From the NCBI GenBank assembly GCA_951804945.1, contig OX638149.1, forward strand, positions 32,116,001 through 32,180,000: a stretch of 64,000 nucleotides of DNA, in the 5' to 3' direction. The DNA comes from Podarcis cretensis (Eukaryota). A program made the translations under genes and the position numbers. Below the pieces are notes generated by a model. The model saw only the letters and a program-made list of their open reading frames with translations. It had not been told where the DNA came from and made no database searches. Positions within the stretch are counted from its first letter, which is position 1; every line of letters begins with the position of its first letter. Shown here piece by piece: positions 13,461-27,106 of the stretch.

Positions 13461-15300
13461 GGGTTTATTGTTTTCAGAATGCGTTGGGCAGTAATAAAAG
13501 ATTTTGAGAACTTTGTGTCTGATTCACTCCTACAGTCAGTATCTCATCTTTTTTCTTGCGTTGCTCTTAGAATTGACATGCAGTGGCGGATCTTGGTCTC
13601 AAATTTCAGCGGTACACTGTGTGATGCCAAAATACACACACACACAAGCCTCTTGCCTGCCATTCTATATTATAGTTGCAGTGTCGCAAGGCTCTGTGCC
13701 CAGTGTGACCAAACTGGCCGTGCTCCCCTAAATCCACCTCGGCTTGTGGCTGGAGGCCAGCCAACATTTTAAGGCCTACAGGTTCCCCATTCCTGGTATA
13801 TAACTTGATGGAAATAGGTTAACATTACATTCTGTTTTTATAGTGATGAAAGGTACTTTGTGTGTGCTTATTTTTATATGAATAGTATAATAAAACATGT
13901 TTTTAATAACCTTGAATACCCTGTCTTCAATAGTGACCAGTAGTTATATGTTAATGAAGAATCGTGTGCAGTGGTGAGGGATAATAATGGAGCACTCAAT
14001 TCTTTCATGTTTAAGTGAATATTCAGTCCGTTGCTCACCATCCATGTAATAGAAAAAGAATGCATGCCTTGGTGATACTTTACTAATAATTATCTGTTTC
14101 ATATACAAATACTGTACCTACACAGGAGTTTCCAAGAATAACCAACGTGTAGATAAGAACAATAACAACAATTTTATTATTTATACCCTGCCCATCTGGC
14201 TGGATTTTTCCAGCCACTTTGGGTGGCTTACAGCATATATCGAAACATAGTAAGAAACTTCCCGATACAGGACTGCCTTCAGAGGACTTCTAAAAGTCGG
14301 GTAGTTACTTTTCTCTTTGACATCTGAAGGGAGGGTTCCACAAAGATCTTGTGTTGATCATGCAGGGCTTTTTGTGTCTGTATATTTGAAGTGTTTATGC
14401 AGACTACTAGAAACCTACGTGAGCAACTGTCCTAATATGCAGAGAGTCCGGAAGCACCTTCAGAGCTAAAAACTCGTGGAACATATTCTGCCAACAGCTG
14501 TGGAAACCGCGACAGCACGAAGCTTATTGTGGGTGATTCGTGCTGTTCACCCTTTTGTAGTAAATGAGTTTACTTTACACCGGGAATCTTTCGAACGAAG
14601 GCACCGGCCAAATGTCCTTTTTATTTCTAGTCACGGGAAATGCCAAAACTAGGTGAAGCGACGCTAGTAAAAACAAAAAAGGCTTAAAACGCCGGAGGGC
14701 AGTCGGTGGCCTCGCTTTCCCTTGACCCGGGAAGCAAGCAAGCAAGCAAGCACCTCGAGGGGGAAAGAGACTCTCGCTTGTTGCAAAAAGGGGACAGCCC
14801 GAATCCGGCTCAAATCCCCGCGAAGCAACAGCCGCCCCATCATTTTATTTAGAGCAGGGACAATGGCGAGCTGCCTCCCGGGGCTCGGGCAGGGACGCCG
14901 ACGGTGTCTTCTGAAATGCAAGCGAGGCGCGCGCACGACAACCCCGCAGCACAGACGCCGCCTCAGAGGCGCTGCTCCCGCCAGCTCCCCGCGTGGCTCT
15001 CCCCTCGGCCTCCCTCGCGCCTGGTTCGCCAACGGCCTGTCGCGAACCTCCCTGCCGCGAGGCCGCGCCTGGGCTTGAAGTGGTTCCGGGTCGGGAGAAG
15101 CCGCCAACATGGAGCGTAGGGGGCCCGCGGGGCCTCCGGGAAGCCGGTGAAGGAAGGCAAGGGGCAGCCCGAGGTGGGGGACGGGGGACGGGACGGGACC
15201 CTGCTGCTCGCCTGGTTCTGAGGCCGCGAGAGGGGCGCGCGCGTGCGCACTGCCGGAGCCCCGTGGAATCCGCGGCAGCGTCTGAGGCCACAGCAGGAAG

Positions 15301-15323
15301 CTGCTGCTGCTGCTGCTGCTGCT
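15301..15323 (+). repeat. (CTG)7 repeat in the NEK9 5' leader
   Basis: ctgctgctgctgctgctgctgct, ending 113 nt before the ATG. Confidence 0.9.
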
Positions 15324-15436
15324 CCTGCCCACCGTCTCCCTTGCAGCAGCGGGGCCGCGGCTGGCGCTCGAGCCCTGCGGCAGGGAAGCCTCGGCGCCCT
15401 TTTCCTCAGCCCCAGGGCAGGCAGGCAGCAGCAGCC

Positions 15437-15625
15437 ATGTCTCTGGGCGAGTACGAGCGGCACTGCGACTCCATCAACTCCGACTTCGACAACGAGTCTT
15501 CCGGCAGGAGCGGCCCCCGGCCTGGCCCTGTCCTGGGCGGCGAGCAAGAGGAGCTGCATTATGCCCCCATCCGCGTCCTGGGCCGGGGCGCCTTCGGAGA
15601 GGCCACCTTGTACCGCCGGACCGAG
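15437..15625 (+). CDS. NEK9: NEK9 exon 1
   Basis: gccATG; [17 protein letters not shown]...[17 protein letters not shown]|gtaaat. Confidence 0.95.
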
Positions 15626-16002
15626 GTAAATCTGCGCCCGCCCCGCCGCCGCGCCCCGCCATTCTTTCCCTCCTCCCATCTCCGGGCGCGTTGGCTGAAG
15701 AGGCTCCCCTCCTCCCCCGTAGTTTGAATCCCAGCTCTAACCCCGAGAAGGAAGGCAGCATTATTGGACACAAAATGCTCCTTAGATAGCCACCCCCTCG
15801 GGGTTCCCTCCCTCCCTCCCTTGTCACTGACATATCCTGCAGATGTTCGAAGACGCCAGACACCCAGCCAGGAAAGCAAGCAAGCAAGCAAGCAAACTTT
15901 GGTCATGCATCCAAATAGCGTCTGCTCAAATACTTAGGCTAAAGTGTGAACAATTCTTCAGGGGGTTGTTCGCAAAGGAAGACACAAGTTAACACTTCGG
16001 AA

Positions 16003-16139
16003 ATCACGAAGTTGGAAGGGATCATGGGGGGGGGGTCATCTAGTCCAACCCCTTCAATGCAGGGACTTTTTCCCCCAAGGTGGGGCTTGAGCCCACAATG
16101 CTGAGATAAAGAACCTCATGCTGTACCAACTGAGCTATC
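16003..16139 (-). mobile_element. tRNA-Lys-derived SINE with CR1-type tail; a truncated copy lies at about 38151-38245
   Basis: Minus strand TAGCTCAGTTGGTACAGCATGAG...CTCAG..TTGTGGGCTCAAGCCCCAC resembles tRNA-Lys(CTT), followed by GGGTTGGACTAGATGACC...CCCTTCCAACT. Confidence 0.8.
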
Positions 16140-17748
16140 ACAGAAGAAGGGTAAATGACAAAGCAGTTCTTGATTCTGGAAAGTGTGAAGTAGAAGAGAG
16201 CCCCCTCAGAATGCCTCTCTGATAGGGGTTGATAAAATCAGGAGGGTGTTTATGCAAAACCCAGGAACTTCTGTTGCAATTAGGGCTAAACGACACTTGT
16301 TGCTAAATGCCTCATTGGAGTTGTGTGATTGATTCTTTAACTGAAAATGTCATCTGGTTAATGTGGATATTCATAAGGAAAGGGGTAAACGCTGTTCTCC
16401 CAGCCCATGATCTCAACTAAAATTGAAGCTTTTGTTTGGCGTGGGAGAGTTGCTTCCATTGATACCAGTTGTTAATTCCCAGTTCTAATTTGGCATTTGG
16501 AAGCTGATGGAATTTGGGTAGCTGAAAATGAAATGTGGCACAAGGATGTAGTGGTGATATTTCCTCTCAAACAGCTTCCTGTACAGGGATAAAAAGAATG
16601 ACAGGATGGAAGAGGGAGAAGGCAGCTGTAGAGCTGCATCATATTTCTGCAAGGATATGCCAGGCATATCATTTACAGTGCACGGAGGCTGATAACAAAG
16701 GATAGTCATAGACAGAAAAAACAAGCACAACTTTTAAGGAAAGTGTCTTAAACAAGGTTATAAGTTTCGCACCCATATAGACACTAACCTTTGCAGAGCT
16801 GGTGAGTCAGTGGTAGAGTTGCCATGTGTTCTCTTTTTCTAGGACATGCCCTCTTTTTCAGGGGTGGGATTTGAGACAAAATGCATTTTTTTGCTTTGAA
16901 TAGCCATCATAGCATTCTCTTTTTTGCTCTTCAAAATATGGCAACCCTAGTCAGTGCTATATAGATTGTGAAAGGGTACATATATCATTGGCTTCCTCAG
17001 CAAAAAGGCTAACAGGGCCCAGTTAATTTAAAGGACCCGAAGATGTGTAGTTGTGGTTTTTGGAGGTTGAGGTAGAAATGCCCACTTCTGTCACTTTCCT
17101 GAATATCAGCCAAACTCTTCCCTTAATACATTTCCATTTTATTAATTGTTTTGCATCATTGACAGTGGTAGGTTATTATTTCTTTATTGATTGATTTAAT
17201 TTATATACCGCCATTCAAAGATCTCAGGGCAGTTCACCAGCATTCCCTGTGCGGAAAAGGAAGCTTGATGGCACAGTTCAGTCAGTGATATATTTTTAAT
17301 ATGGCATTACAGAGAACCTGAAGGCCCCTGATCACATATTCTGCTACAGCTTCAGGGAGTTAAATAACCCACTTAATAGACTGCCTAGATAAAACCATAG
17401 AATGATCAGGAATCTGCTTCAAGGATATAATACTAATTACTCCCAAGCTTTTATATCATTTTCAATATAATGTTGTTGCTGGAATATCTGACAAGTGCTA
17501 TGAATTAATCAATTCTTGTTAGCGAATTTAGACAGTGTTTGTGTGGAGTTGTGTATGAAATAACAATAACCTTTCTTCTGAAAAGTTTATGCTATTTGAT
17601 AATTTTTCAAAAGGAAGAGAGTGTTAGTTGTAGATAGCGATTTTTGGCATCAGAAATAAGGAAATGCCCATAGAGAATTTTTCCGACTAAATCTGAAAGT
17701 GAATGCAAAAAAGATTGATACCTTGTAAGAAATTAAACGTGCATTTAG

Positions 17749-18012
<264 letters not shown>

Positions 18013-18633
18013 TGAAATGCAGAATCACTTTGTCTTGTTTATAGATGGCAGGCTTTAGTGACAGTTCTAACACAAACCAGAGTCATCTTGGAGAACTGCC
18101 ACTTACGTTTCGCAGATACATATTCTAAAATGTATTTGTGGGAAGAAGAAACTTGGGAAACAGAAATAGCTAAAGGAAAGGTGAGGCACTAAATGCTCAA
18201 TAAATCAGATACAAATCTGCAGAATCTTGCAGGGGAAGCCTGAAAGAGGGCATTCTTTGTGGCAGCCCCTAAGTTACAGAACTCCCTCCCCACAGAGGTG
18301 CATCTATCTACCAACTTCATTATACAGCTTTCAGTGAATAAGAAATACACACCTCTTTGCCTTGGCCTTTGACACCTGAGATGCGCATTTTCAGAACCTA
18401 CCCTTAAAAAAACCAAAAGATTATGATTGTATTTTTTAATTATAAGTTCTTAAATACTTTAAAACTGCATTTTGGATTGTCGTAACCTGCCTTGGGATGC
18501 TTAGGGTAAAGAGCAGGTGATAATTATAATAATGAAAAAGCTTGGGAAAATGGCAAATTCCTGGAGGATTTCTGGTAAATGCTAATAGAACATTTACAAT
18601 CGATAGGTAAGCATTTCTCTCTTTTAATTGCAG

Positions 18634-18689
18634 GGGGAAACCTCTATGATAAGATCCTGCGGCAGAAAGACAAGTTGTTTGAGGAAGAG
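18634..18689 (+). CDS. NEK9: NEK9 exon 3
   Basis: GGNLYDKILRQKDKLFEEE. Confidence 0.95.
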
Positions 18690-18900
18690 GTAACTTGAAC
18701 AAACTGAGAAGAAACAGAACAGAGTTTAGTACTGTTTGATGTGCCACATTTTCCCAGTATTTATTTCATGCTTATTGCTATAGTATTAGCAAATTGCATC
18801 ACTTGTGCCAGGAAACAATCAGCCTTTTCTTGGTGTTCCAATCTTGAACAGAACACTTTGATTATTCATTGTTGATCACGTAGCAAGAATAAAGACGTTA

Positions 18901-19125
18901 CAGTGGTACCTCGGGTTATGTACGTAATTCGTTCTGGAGGTCCGTACTTAAACTGAAACTGTTCTTAACCTGAAGCACCACTTTAGCTAATGGGGCCTCC
19001 TGCTGCTGCCACGCCACCGGAGCACGATTTCTGTTCTCATCCTGAAACAAAGTTCTTAACCCGAGGTACATTTCTGGGTTAGGGGAGTCTGTAAACTGAA
19101 GCGTATATAACCCGAGGTACCACTG
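18901..19125. mobile_element. Tc1/mariner (Tigger-like) MITE
   Basis: TIR CAGTGGTACCTCGGGTTAT(G/A)TACG (23/24) with TA TSD; same family as 47906-48148. Confidence 0.88.
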
Positions 19126-19711
19126 TACTTGGGTTTCAGTGGTGTCCAGGTCTTTTGTTCCCTGTCCCCATGGAATGGTATTCTTCTGGGATTGTTCATT
19201 AATATACAGATAATCTTGTAGAATGTTACATTTTATTTGTAAATAAATAAAAAGATTGTCTTAAAAAAAAAGTTAATTAAACAGTTAGTGTAATTTTGAG
19301 AACAATTAAAAATAACATAGAAAAGTCAGCAGCAGAAATGCAGTGAACAAAGTTCTTTAGTAGCAGAACTGTTCTTCACTGTATGACAAGAGTACAGTTA
19401 GGGAGCAAGGCTTACTTGGGAGGGGAGCTCCAGGGTGTAAACACAACCTTTGTAAAGATCTTACTCCATTCTCTAATGGTACTTGTCTTAGTAAATGAGA
19501 GCATGAAGAACAAGGTTGTGCTTAAGGATCTTGTGGAATGGGAAAGTACACATGGGAGGAGGCAGAGGGGTTGCCATGCCATGGTAATTAGTTCTGCGGT
19601 TTCACAGTCTTTGTCTCTCTTTAGTTTTTTATTTTGGCCTGATGTTCAGCCCATATTTCTAAACATGGCTTGTAAGTAGTGCAGTAAGTGTCGATCTGTA
19701 GGATTCTTATG

Positions 19712-19803
19712 CAGAGCAATCCCTGTGCATGTTTACTCAGCATTAAAACCTAATGTGTTTGGTGGTACTTACTGCCAGGTAAGTATATATAGGATTGCAG
19801 CCT
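19712..19803. repeat. Short degenerate fold-back interspersed repeat; similar copies near 1110-1200, 5750-5825 and 20118-20185
   Basis: gcaatcc...tgtttactcag...cttact...gtaagt...ggattgc pattern recurs across the window. Confidence 0.5.
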
Positions 19804-20508
19804 AACTGTGGTTAGCTATTATTACTAGTTTTCTGCAGGTTGCCCTTGGCTTATTATTAAGAGCTTTAAGAATCTGCATGACTACAATTACACAGCAAAT
19901 TGTAGGATAGCAACTCTAATGTAGAAACCGATTATTCCTGCCAGTATGCTTAGAATTCCAAACTTGCTCTTCCATTCTATATTTTTTTAAAGGAACAAAA
20001 GCATTTACATTCTTCAATATCCTTAATCTAGTTTTTAAATTTGGTAAGTAGAATAATACATGCAATTACTGATTTTTTTTTAATTTATAAATTTGTTAGT
20101 CATCTTTACAGCAGCTGACAGTGCAATACTTTGCATGTTTATTCAGTAGTAAGTCCCAGTAGTAAGTGCATCTAGAATTAGTGCTCAAAATGATTTAAAG
20201 CATTCTAAAAACCATCATATTAAAACAATTATAAAAGCTAAAACTAAACTCAAAAGCATATAACAAGTGTTTGTAACTGACAGATTCTGGCAGTAGCCTT
20301 TACAATTAAACATTTTCATTTGCTGGAATAAACTATATCGTGAAAAGACAAGCACTTGTCATTTTACACCATGGAGACCACGTTATCCTGGAAAGATTAC
20401 ACCTTGAAAAAGATCTCAACACTGAGTTGTTCATATTGGAATAATAAAATTATCTTTCTAAAATAAACTTCCTGCATTGTTTCCCATGTGAACTCTCTTT
20501 CTTTGCAG

Positions 20509-20579
20509 ATGGTAGTGTGGTACCTATTTCAGATTGCATCAGCAGTGAGCTGCATCCACAGGGAAGGAATCCTTCACAG
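20509..20579 (+). CDS. NEK9: NEK9 exon 4
   Basis: [24 protein letters not shown]. Confidence 0.95.
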
Positions 20580-21315
20580 GTAGGTGTGATTAATGAAGCT
20601 TGGGCTAACTGGTGGCCTAATGCCTGAAGGTAAAACATGCTTGAGAGTATTGATAGCCTGCTGTTGCAAATACCATTTTAGTTAGTTTTTCCCTTGCTGC
20701 ATTTTTTGAGCATCTACAGTGGTTCCTTTTTAAATTGTCTGTTATTTTTAAACATTTTACTAATAGCATTTTATTTTACTTGGTATTTATTGTAATTGGT
20801 ACTTTTATTGTTGTTAACTGCTTACGGCATTTGATATGATGACAGGGAATAAATATTTATCATAACAAATGGTGGGCGGTATTAAATATGCTTGTTCTAT
20901 CAGTGAAATTTCCCCAGCTGTCCCTGTGAGCCTCCCACATGCTCCCTAAATCTGTGGGTTCCTCCAACCCACTGGAGCAGATTGGGGAGGGCACTGGGTG
21001 CATGTGTGGGGCAGGGAGTTTTGTTACGCAAATGGAAATCCTTGTGCTAATGGAACAAGTGCATTGGATACCATCCTAAAAGTAGAGTAAAGGGAAGCAA
21101 TCTGATTTGCTTCACTCTTCTTAGCACAGAAATTGGATTTCCTATACTACAGATAACTAAATACCCTAGTGCAGTCTTCCTCAACCTTGGTACCACCAGT
21201 TGTTGTAGGGCTATGAAAATCTGTGACATCAGGCGTGGGGAGGAATGAGTTAAATCCTTTCACAGTAACATTAATAAAGGAGGATTAGCAGCATACTGAG
21301 TCCTACACCTGGTGA

Positions 21316-21468
<153 letters not shown>

Positions 21469-22049
21469 TGAAACTTTGAAACTAATGCTGTTTGCTTCTT
21501 TTCCTACTCCACTTCTGAATTGTCTTGTTAGAAATATAATGTATCCTGTTACTTTGTAACCTGCTATTAGCAAATATGTATTCATTCAGATTTGCAACCC
21601 TTCAGTTGGGAAGGGCAGCAGATCCAGCCTCCGTGGAGCATTCTTGTAAGTTACCACTACTGCCTCCTTCTCCTCTGCATGCCCACAGCCATGCAGTCAT
21701 GCTGTTGCTGCTGCACCTGTTTGTCACCCAGAAGCAGGTGGCGTGGGCATGCAGGCGGTAGGTGTGCAGCAGAGGCATTGGGAGGGTTGGAGTGGCATTT
21801 TCTGTTCTGCCTTTAGTGACAAAACAGTATTGGGCCAGCCCAGAAAGAGAATAGAAGATGTCTTATAATCCAGTATTTAAGTTTTTACTTTGCATGCTGA
21901 AACACAATATAAGCATGTCTGGGAGATGGGTGTTCTTATAAAAAATGACTAGAAATTAGCACTTGCAGGGAAAACAATGAACTGTGTCTGATCCACTGGT
22001 ATCAAGGAGTTGGACAGACTATCTCTAACATTTTTGCTCTGTTGTGTAG

Positions 22050-22205
<156 letters not shown>

Positions 22206-22783
22206 TAACGCTACATAATTTCCTTTAGTCATTTTTAATGTTCTGTGTGTGCTTGAGAGAGCGAGAGGGAGCCCCAGTTGTGAAGAATGTGTTACAGTGA
22301 GAGCTGTAGGTCAGTTGGGTATCTCCTGTTCAGGGATGATTATCATGCTTGAATTAGACCCACTGAAATTGATGGACCCAAATAACAAGTCCACTGATTT
22401 AAGTGGTTCTGAATATGACTTACTTGGATATCACCCAGTAAATTGTCCCTTGCTGATGTTCTGAGTCTATTTAGAAAGTGTATAGGAAGCTGTCTTCTAT
22501 TGAATCATAAAGTTGCTATATGTAGCTCGGTATTTTCTACACTGCCTGAAAGTGGTTGTCTAGGGTTTCAGGTAGGAGTCTCTTCCAGCCTTACCTGGAG
22601 ATGCTTGAATTGAATCTAGAACTTTTTGCATGAAAAGCAAATGTTCTGCCACAGAGCTATGTTCCAATAGTACGTAACATCTGAAACAATCCAAGAGAGA
22701 GAGAATATAATGCAGATCCACAGGACATCTTCTTAAACAGGTTCTCCAGATGCACTTGAATGATCACACTATTTCCCTTCTAG

Positions 22784-22894
22784 AATCCCTTGAATCTCTG
22801 TGTGAAGATTGTGCAAGGGAACCGAGCAATGGAGGTAGATTCCAGTGTTTATTCTCTGGACCTCATCCACATGGTCCACTCCTGCCTTGATCAG
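22784..22894 (+). CDS. NEK9: NEK9 exon 7
   Basis: [37 protein letters not shown]. Confidence 0.95.
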
Positions 22895-23282
22895 GTTGGT
22901 GAGATACAATTTTCTTTCAACTTTGCTGCCTCAGTGACACAACTTCAGAGGAAAGTGGGGTAAATGCCTTGTATTAATTACAAGACTGGATATGTAAGTT
23001 TCTGGGCATCCTTGTGTATGGGCTCTGCAGAATGTGTGTTCTTGGCTGCCCAAGATCTGCAGCAGCTTAGAAACTGTTAAAATACCTTTGTATTTGAAGT
23101 GAAGAATCTACAGTGGCCTTTAACTTGACACTTTCTGCTAACTTTAATATTCCTTTGATTCTCTGTGTTTTGGGGAAATGGGTAAAGACCATAAGAATGT
23201 GGTTAGTTAATCTGCCCTGAGACTTAATTGTTGAAAAATGATCCCTTTCCTTAGGGAGTGACCTGTCACTCACCTCTTTCAG

Positions 23283-23347
23283 GATCCTGAGAAGAGGCCG
23301 ACTGCTGATGAGCTGCTTGAGAGTCCCCTGATCAGCAAGCACAGGAG
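23283..23347 (+). CDS. NEK9: NEK9 exon 8
   Basis: DPEKRPTADELLESPLISKHR(R). Confidence 0.95.
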
Positions 23348-23651
23348 GTAAAGAGTTGTACATTCCTTGGACATGAACGGGCCATGTTGTTTGGGAGAGA
23401 GCTACAGAAGCTTGTGCAGCCTACTAGTCATGTCAATGCTTCCCACATTCATTCACTTTGGCCATTGACTGATGAGGCACATCTTAGAATCATAGCGTTG
23501 GAAGGGACCCTGAGGGCCATCTAGTAGGATTAGGTAGGATTCTTCTGCATGGCATTTAGTGTCTGTTAAGCCTGTTGGAATCCCCTGTCAGAAGTGCTGT
23601 AATAATAGATGGTTGCTATTCTTCTGATTCCTTTTTTTTTTTTCATGGCAG

Positions 23652-23702
23652 GGAGATGGAAGAGAAAGTTGTGCTGCTTAATGGCCCAAACAAACGACCA
23701 AG
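23652..23702 (+). CDS. NEK9: NEK9 exon 9
   Basis: EMEEKVVLLNGPNKRP(R), 51 nt, phase 2-2. Confidence 0.94.
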
Positions 23703-23809
23703 GTAATGGAGTGTGTGTTGTACAGCGGAATTAAAGGAAATAGGTCCCTAGACGTACTCACCCTTACTTGATTGCTTCACACTTTCAATGCTATCTTTTA
23801 GGTAATGCA

Positions 23810-23900
23810 TGAGGCTACCACCTTGCTGAAGCTGAGCGGGTCTGAGTCTGGTCTGCACCTAGATGGGAGACCACCTGGGTACAATGTGTACACTGCCTTG
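23810..23900 (+). mobile_element. 5S rRNA-derived SINE head (SINE3-like), degraded
   Basis: gaagctgagcgggtctgagtctggtc...gatgggagaccacctggg resembles the 5S internal promoter (A and C boxes). Confidence 0.6.
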
Positions 23901-24198
23901 AGTTCCAAAAGGGAAGAAGGCAGCTTCCACTCTTGTTGTAAACTGTGCCCATTCTTCTCTACAGATTTGAATTGGACAGCATCCAGCTAAGCAGTTCTGC
24001 TAATGCAAGGAGTTAGCTGCGTAGTGGAACTTACCTGCCCACAACTCTTCCTGTTGTGACACTTAAATCTGTTCAGAGGATGCACAAGGAGAAGGTGGGG
24101 AAATTCCATTGTGCAGCTAAAAGTCTTTGTGCGCAGCTAGCAGAACTGTTTAGTTGTATGCCACCTATTGACTTGACACCAAACTGCACTTAAAAATA

Positions 24199-24530
24199 CA
24201 GTAGTGCCTCGCAAGACGAAATTAATTCGTTCCGCGAGTCTCTTCATCTTGCGGTTTTTTCGTCTTGCGAAGCACGGCTATTAGCGGCTTAGCGGATTAG
24301 CACTATTAGCGGCTATTAGCGGCTTAGCGGATTAGCACTATTAGCGGCTTAGCGGCTATTAGCGGCTATTAGCAGCTTACGGCTTAGAAAAAGGGAGGGA
24401 AATGGGAAAAAACGTCTCGCGAAGCAAGCCCATAGGGAAATTCGTCTTGCGAAGCACCTCAAAAATGGAAAACTCTTTTGTCTAGCGAGTTTTTCGTCTT
24501 GCGAGGCATTCGTCTTGCGGGGCACCACTG
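24199..24530. mobile_element. Tc1/mariner MITE with an internal minisatellite
   Basis: TIRs CAGT(A/G)GTGCC(T/C)CGCAAGACGAA, TA TSD, internal GGCTATTAGC/GGCTTAGC array at about 24276-24385. Confidence 0.88.
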
Positions 24531-25024
24531 TACTTCATTGCTGATACTACTACGTTTTTCTCTCCTTAAGATAAAAGCCATTTGCTGTGGATGATTATCC
24601 TTCATGGAATGCTGTAAATTTGTGTGTAACAAAATGTTGATGTTCTAAACAAAGTTGCTGAAGTGTTTGCATATTTTTTTCAATTTTTAACTGTGAAGCT
24701 TCGCTCATGCTACTGTTTCTGGAAATTCAAAAGCCTGCCTTGAGTCATCAAATTGGATTCTGATCTTTATTTGTATGCAGATTGGAGTAATCTTCTTCAA
24801 CCTTTGTTTATCTATCCCTAGGTTCCCTACCTTTAAATTTCTAATGCTCTTTATGTGGCTTCTGAACAACACGAGTACCACTAAGGCTTATATAAAATGT
24901 TTCTGCTTGGAACCTGGGAATTTAATTTTCTTCCAGCTTGTCTTCTATTTCAGGGCTTCTAAAGCTACTCATGCTAAACAGTGATGACTCTTCATAACTC
25001 CCCTATTGACCTCATGTTTTACAG

Positions 25025-25217
25025 AACAAGCACCATGAACGAGGCTCCTATTGCTGTGGTGACATCACGCACGAGTGAAGTATATGTCTGGGGGGGTGGG
25101 AAGTCATCCCCTCAGAAGCTGGATGCCATTAAAAGTGGCTGCAGTGCACGACAGGTCTGTGCAGGAAACACCCATTTTGCAGTGGTTACAGTGGAAAAGG
25201 AGCTCTATACTTGGGTG
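25025..25217 (+). CDS. NEK9: NEK9 exon 10 (start of RCC1 domain)
   Basis: [26 protein letters not shown]...KELYTWV. Confidence 0.96.
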
Positions 25218-25677
25218 GTAAGTGAAGTGTATGAAAAGTACTTTGGAAACTTGGATAATGTGTGAAGGCAGTGCAGAATGGATCTTGCATGAGTCATATT
25301 TAAGGTGTCACATCACTACTGATTGTCAGTACAGTTGGATATTCCTAGTTAATAAGTTGCAAAAAGTTGTAAGAGGTGTTACTCCCCATTCAAGAGTTTA
25401 TGCTACTTAAGTTCAAGGTCTAAAACATGCACAGGGTTTTTGTTTGTTTGTTTGTTTTGCTTTCTGTATATGGCAGCAGTTATTTCACCTCCAGGAAAAC
25501 GCCCCAAAGGTTCAGACAAGTGCAGCAACACCCTATAACATGTGAGAGGCTGTTGCTGAAAGAAAAATAGGGCACTCTCCCCGGTGTGTGCATGAAGGTG
25601 TACATGGGTCTCTCAGGATCCCAGTTGAAGTATATATAGTTTGTTACTTGGTTCCTTTGCATCAGACCTGCTAATAA

Positions 25678-25914
<237 letters not shown>

Positions 25915-26479
25915 TAAATGGTGTGGAAGAACTCAAATGCTATCTTGTTTTTGTTATATACATTGTAAACCACCCTGTGGTCCCTGGATGAAGGGTGATG
26001 CATAAATTTAAAACATAAATAAACAAATACCATATGTATTGGCTGAAAAAGAAAATGACCTTTGCAGCAAGAGAGCATGAAATATTATGGCATAGGTAAA
26101 TACAGGGAATTGCTGTACTGCTGCACTGGAATTAGTGCAGCTTCCCAAGATCAATATTTATTTCATGTTGCTTTAAACATTTATATATCACCAACATCTA
26201 TATACAGCATAAAACCAATACAATAAAACACAAAAAGATGAGGAAGAAAACATGTTTTACAGTCAAAAAAGATTCTGCATGGTAACCTCTGTGATATGCA
26301 TACACGGTGTAGATATGGGGCACCCTATCATTTAGTGGATGCAGGGCAGGGCACATTAGTCCAAGCATGTAATTGACCCAACTTGATCTAGATAATTAGA
26401 TAACATGGTAGACTGGTTTCCCTGTGTTTGAAGGAGTCAGAATCTCTATCTTACTCATTTGTCCCTTCCTTTCATGTAG

Positions 26480-26680
26480 ATGAGGGTCAAGCCTTTGCCT
26501 TCGGCTCAGACTACTATGGCTGTATAGGTGTTTCCAAGGCATTTGGTTCTGAGGTTTTGGAGCCCAGGCAGCTGACCGTGTTCCTCAGCAACCCGGTGGA
26601 GCAGGTTTCTTGTGGAGATAACCATGTGGCTGTGCTGACCCGAAACCGAGAGGTCTACACGTGGGGCTGTGGCGAATATG
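26480..26680 (+). CDS. NEK9: NEK9 exon 12
   Basis: [17 protein letters not shown]...VYTWGCGEY. Confidence 0.96.
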
Positions 26681-27106
26681 GTATGTGGCTTTCTGTCTGC
26701 AGTCTCTAATACTGGCAGTAGAGACTGAGGCAAAATGCACACAATAAGAGTCGTTCGAAGGAAAAACATGCATGCTCCTTCTCAAGTTTCATTTTATATA
26801 GTTGTGAACCACTTAGATGTTTTCTTAAAATCAAATGGTATAATTTTTTGTGTGAAATAAAAATGTAACTACAGTATAATCACAGGCAATTGAGAGGCAC
26901 TGTTTTGGTAACTGACCGGTGACAGATCCAACTTTTACTGTTATGAAAGACATCAGATTAAATTGGGATCCTTAATTCTGGAAAGATGGATGGTCATATC
27001 TATGATGTTGGATCTGTGAACATGAGAAATGAGGCAGCCCAGTTTCCTCAGACTGGACAGTCTGCTTTAAATCTGAAAGTCATTATCTGCAATAGTGTCC
27101 TTCAGC

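Larger units (their letters stand above)
14600..15790. promoter_or_regulatory. CpG-island promoter of NEK9
   Basis: Very GC- and CpG-rich against a CpG-depleted background; contains exon 1; NRF1-like GCGCGTGCGCA near 15239-15249; YY1-like AATGGCG near 14862. Confidence 0.88.

Noticed and set aside
14664-15906. Many overlapping 100-240 aa ORFs on both strands
   Set aside because: Expected from a stop-poor CpG island; Ala/Arg/Pro/Gly-rich with no domain. Only 15437-15625 is supported as coding.
16075-16139. tRNA-Lys gene
   Set aside because: Stems and anticodon loop are mutated and it is fused to a CR1-type tail, so it is a SINE.
18603-18633. Strong AG|GTAAGC just upstream of NEK9 exon 3
   Set aside because: It would define a 27-nt intron, too short to splice, and I found no supporting upstream exon.
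23810-23900. Functional 5S rRNA gene
   Set aside because: Partial and heavily diverged.
24276-24385. Short repeat array that looks superficially CRISPR-like
   Set aside because: Units are adjacent with no unique spacers, lie inside a MITE, and the genome is vertebrate.
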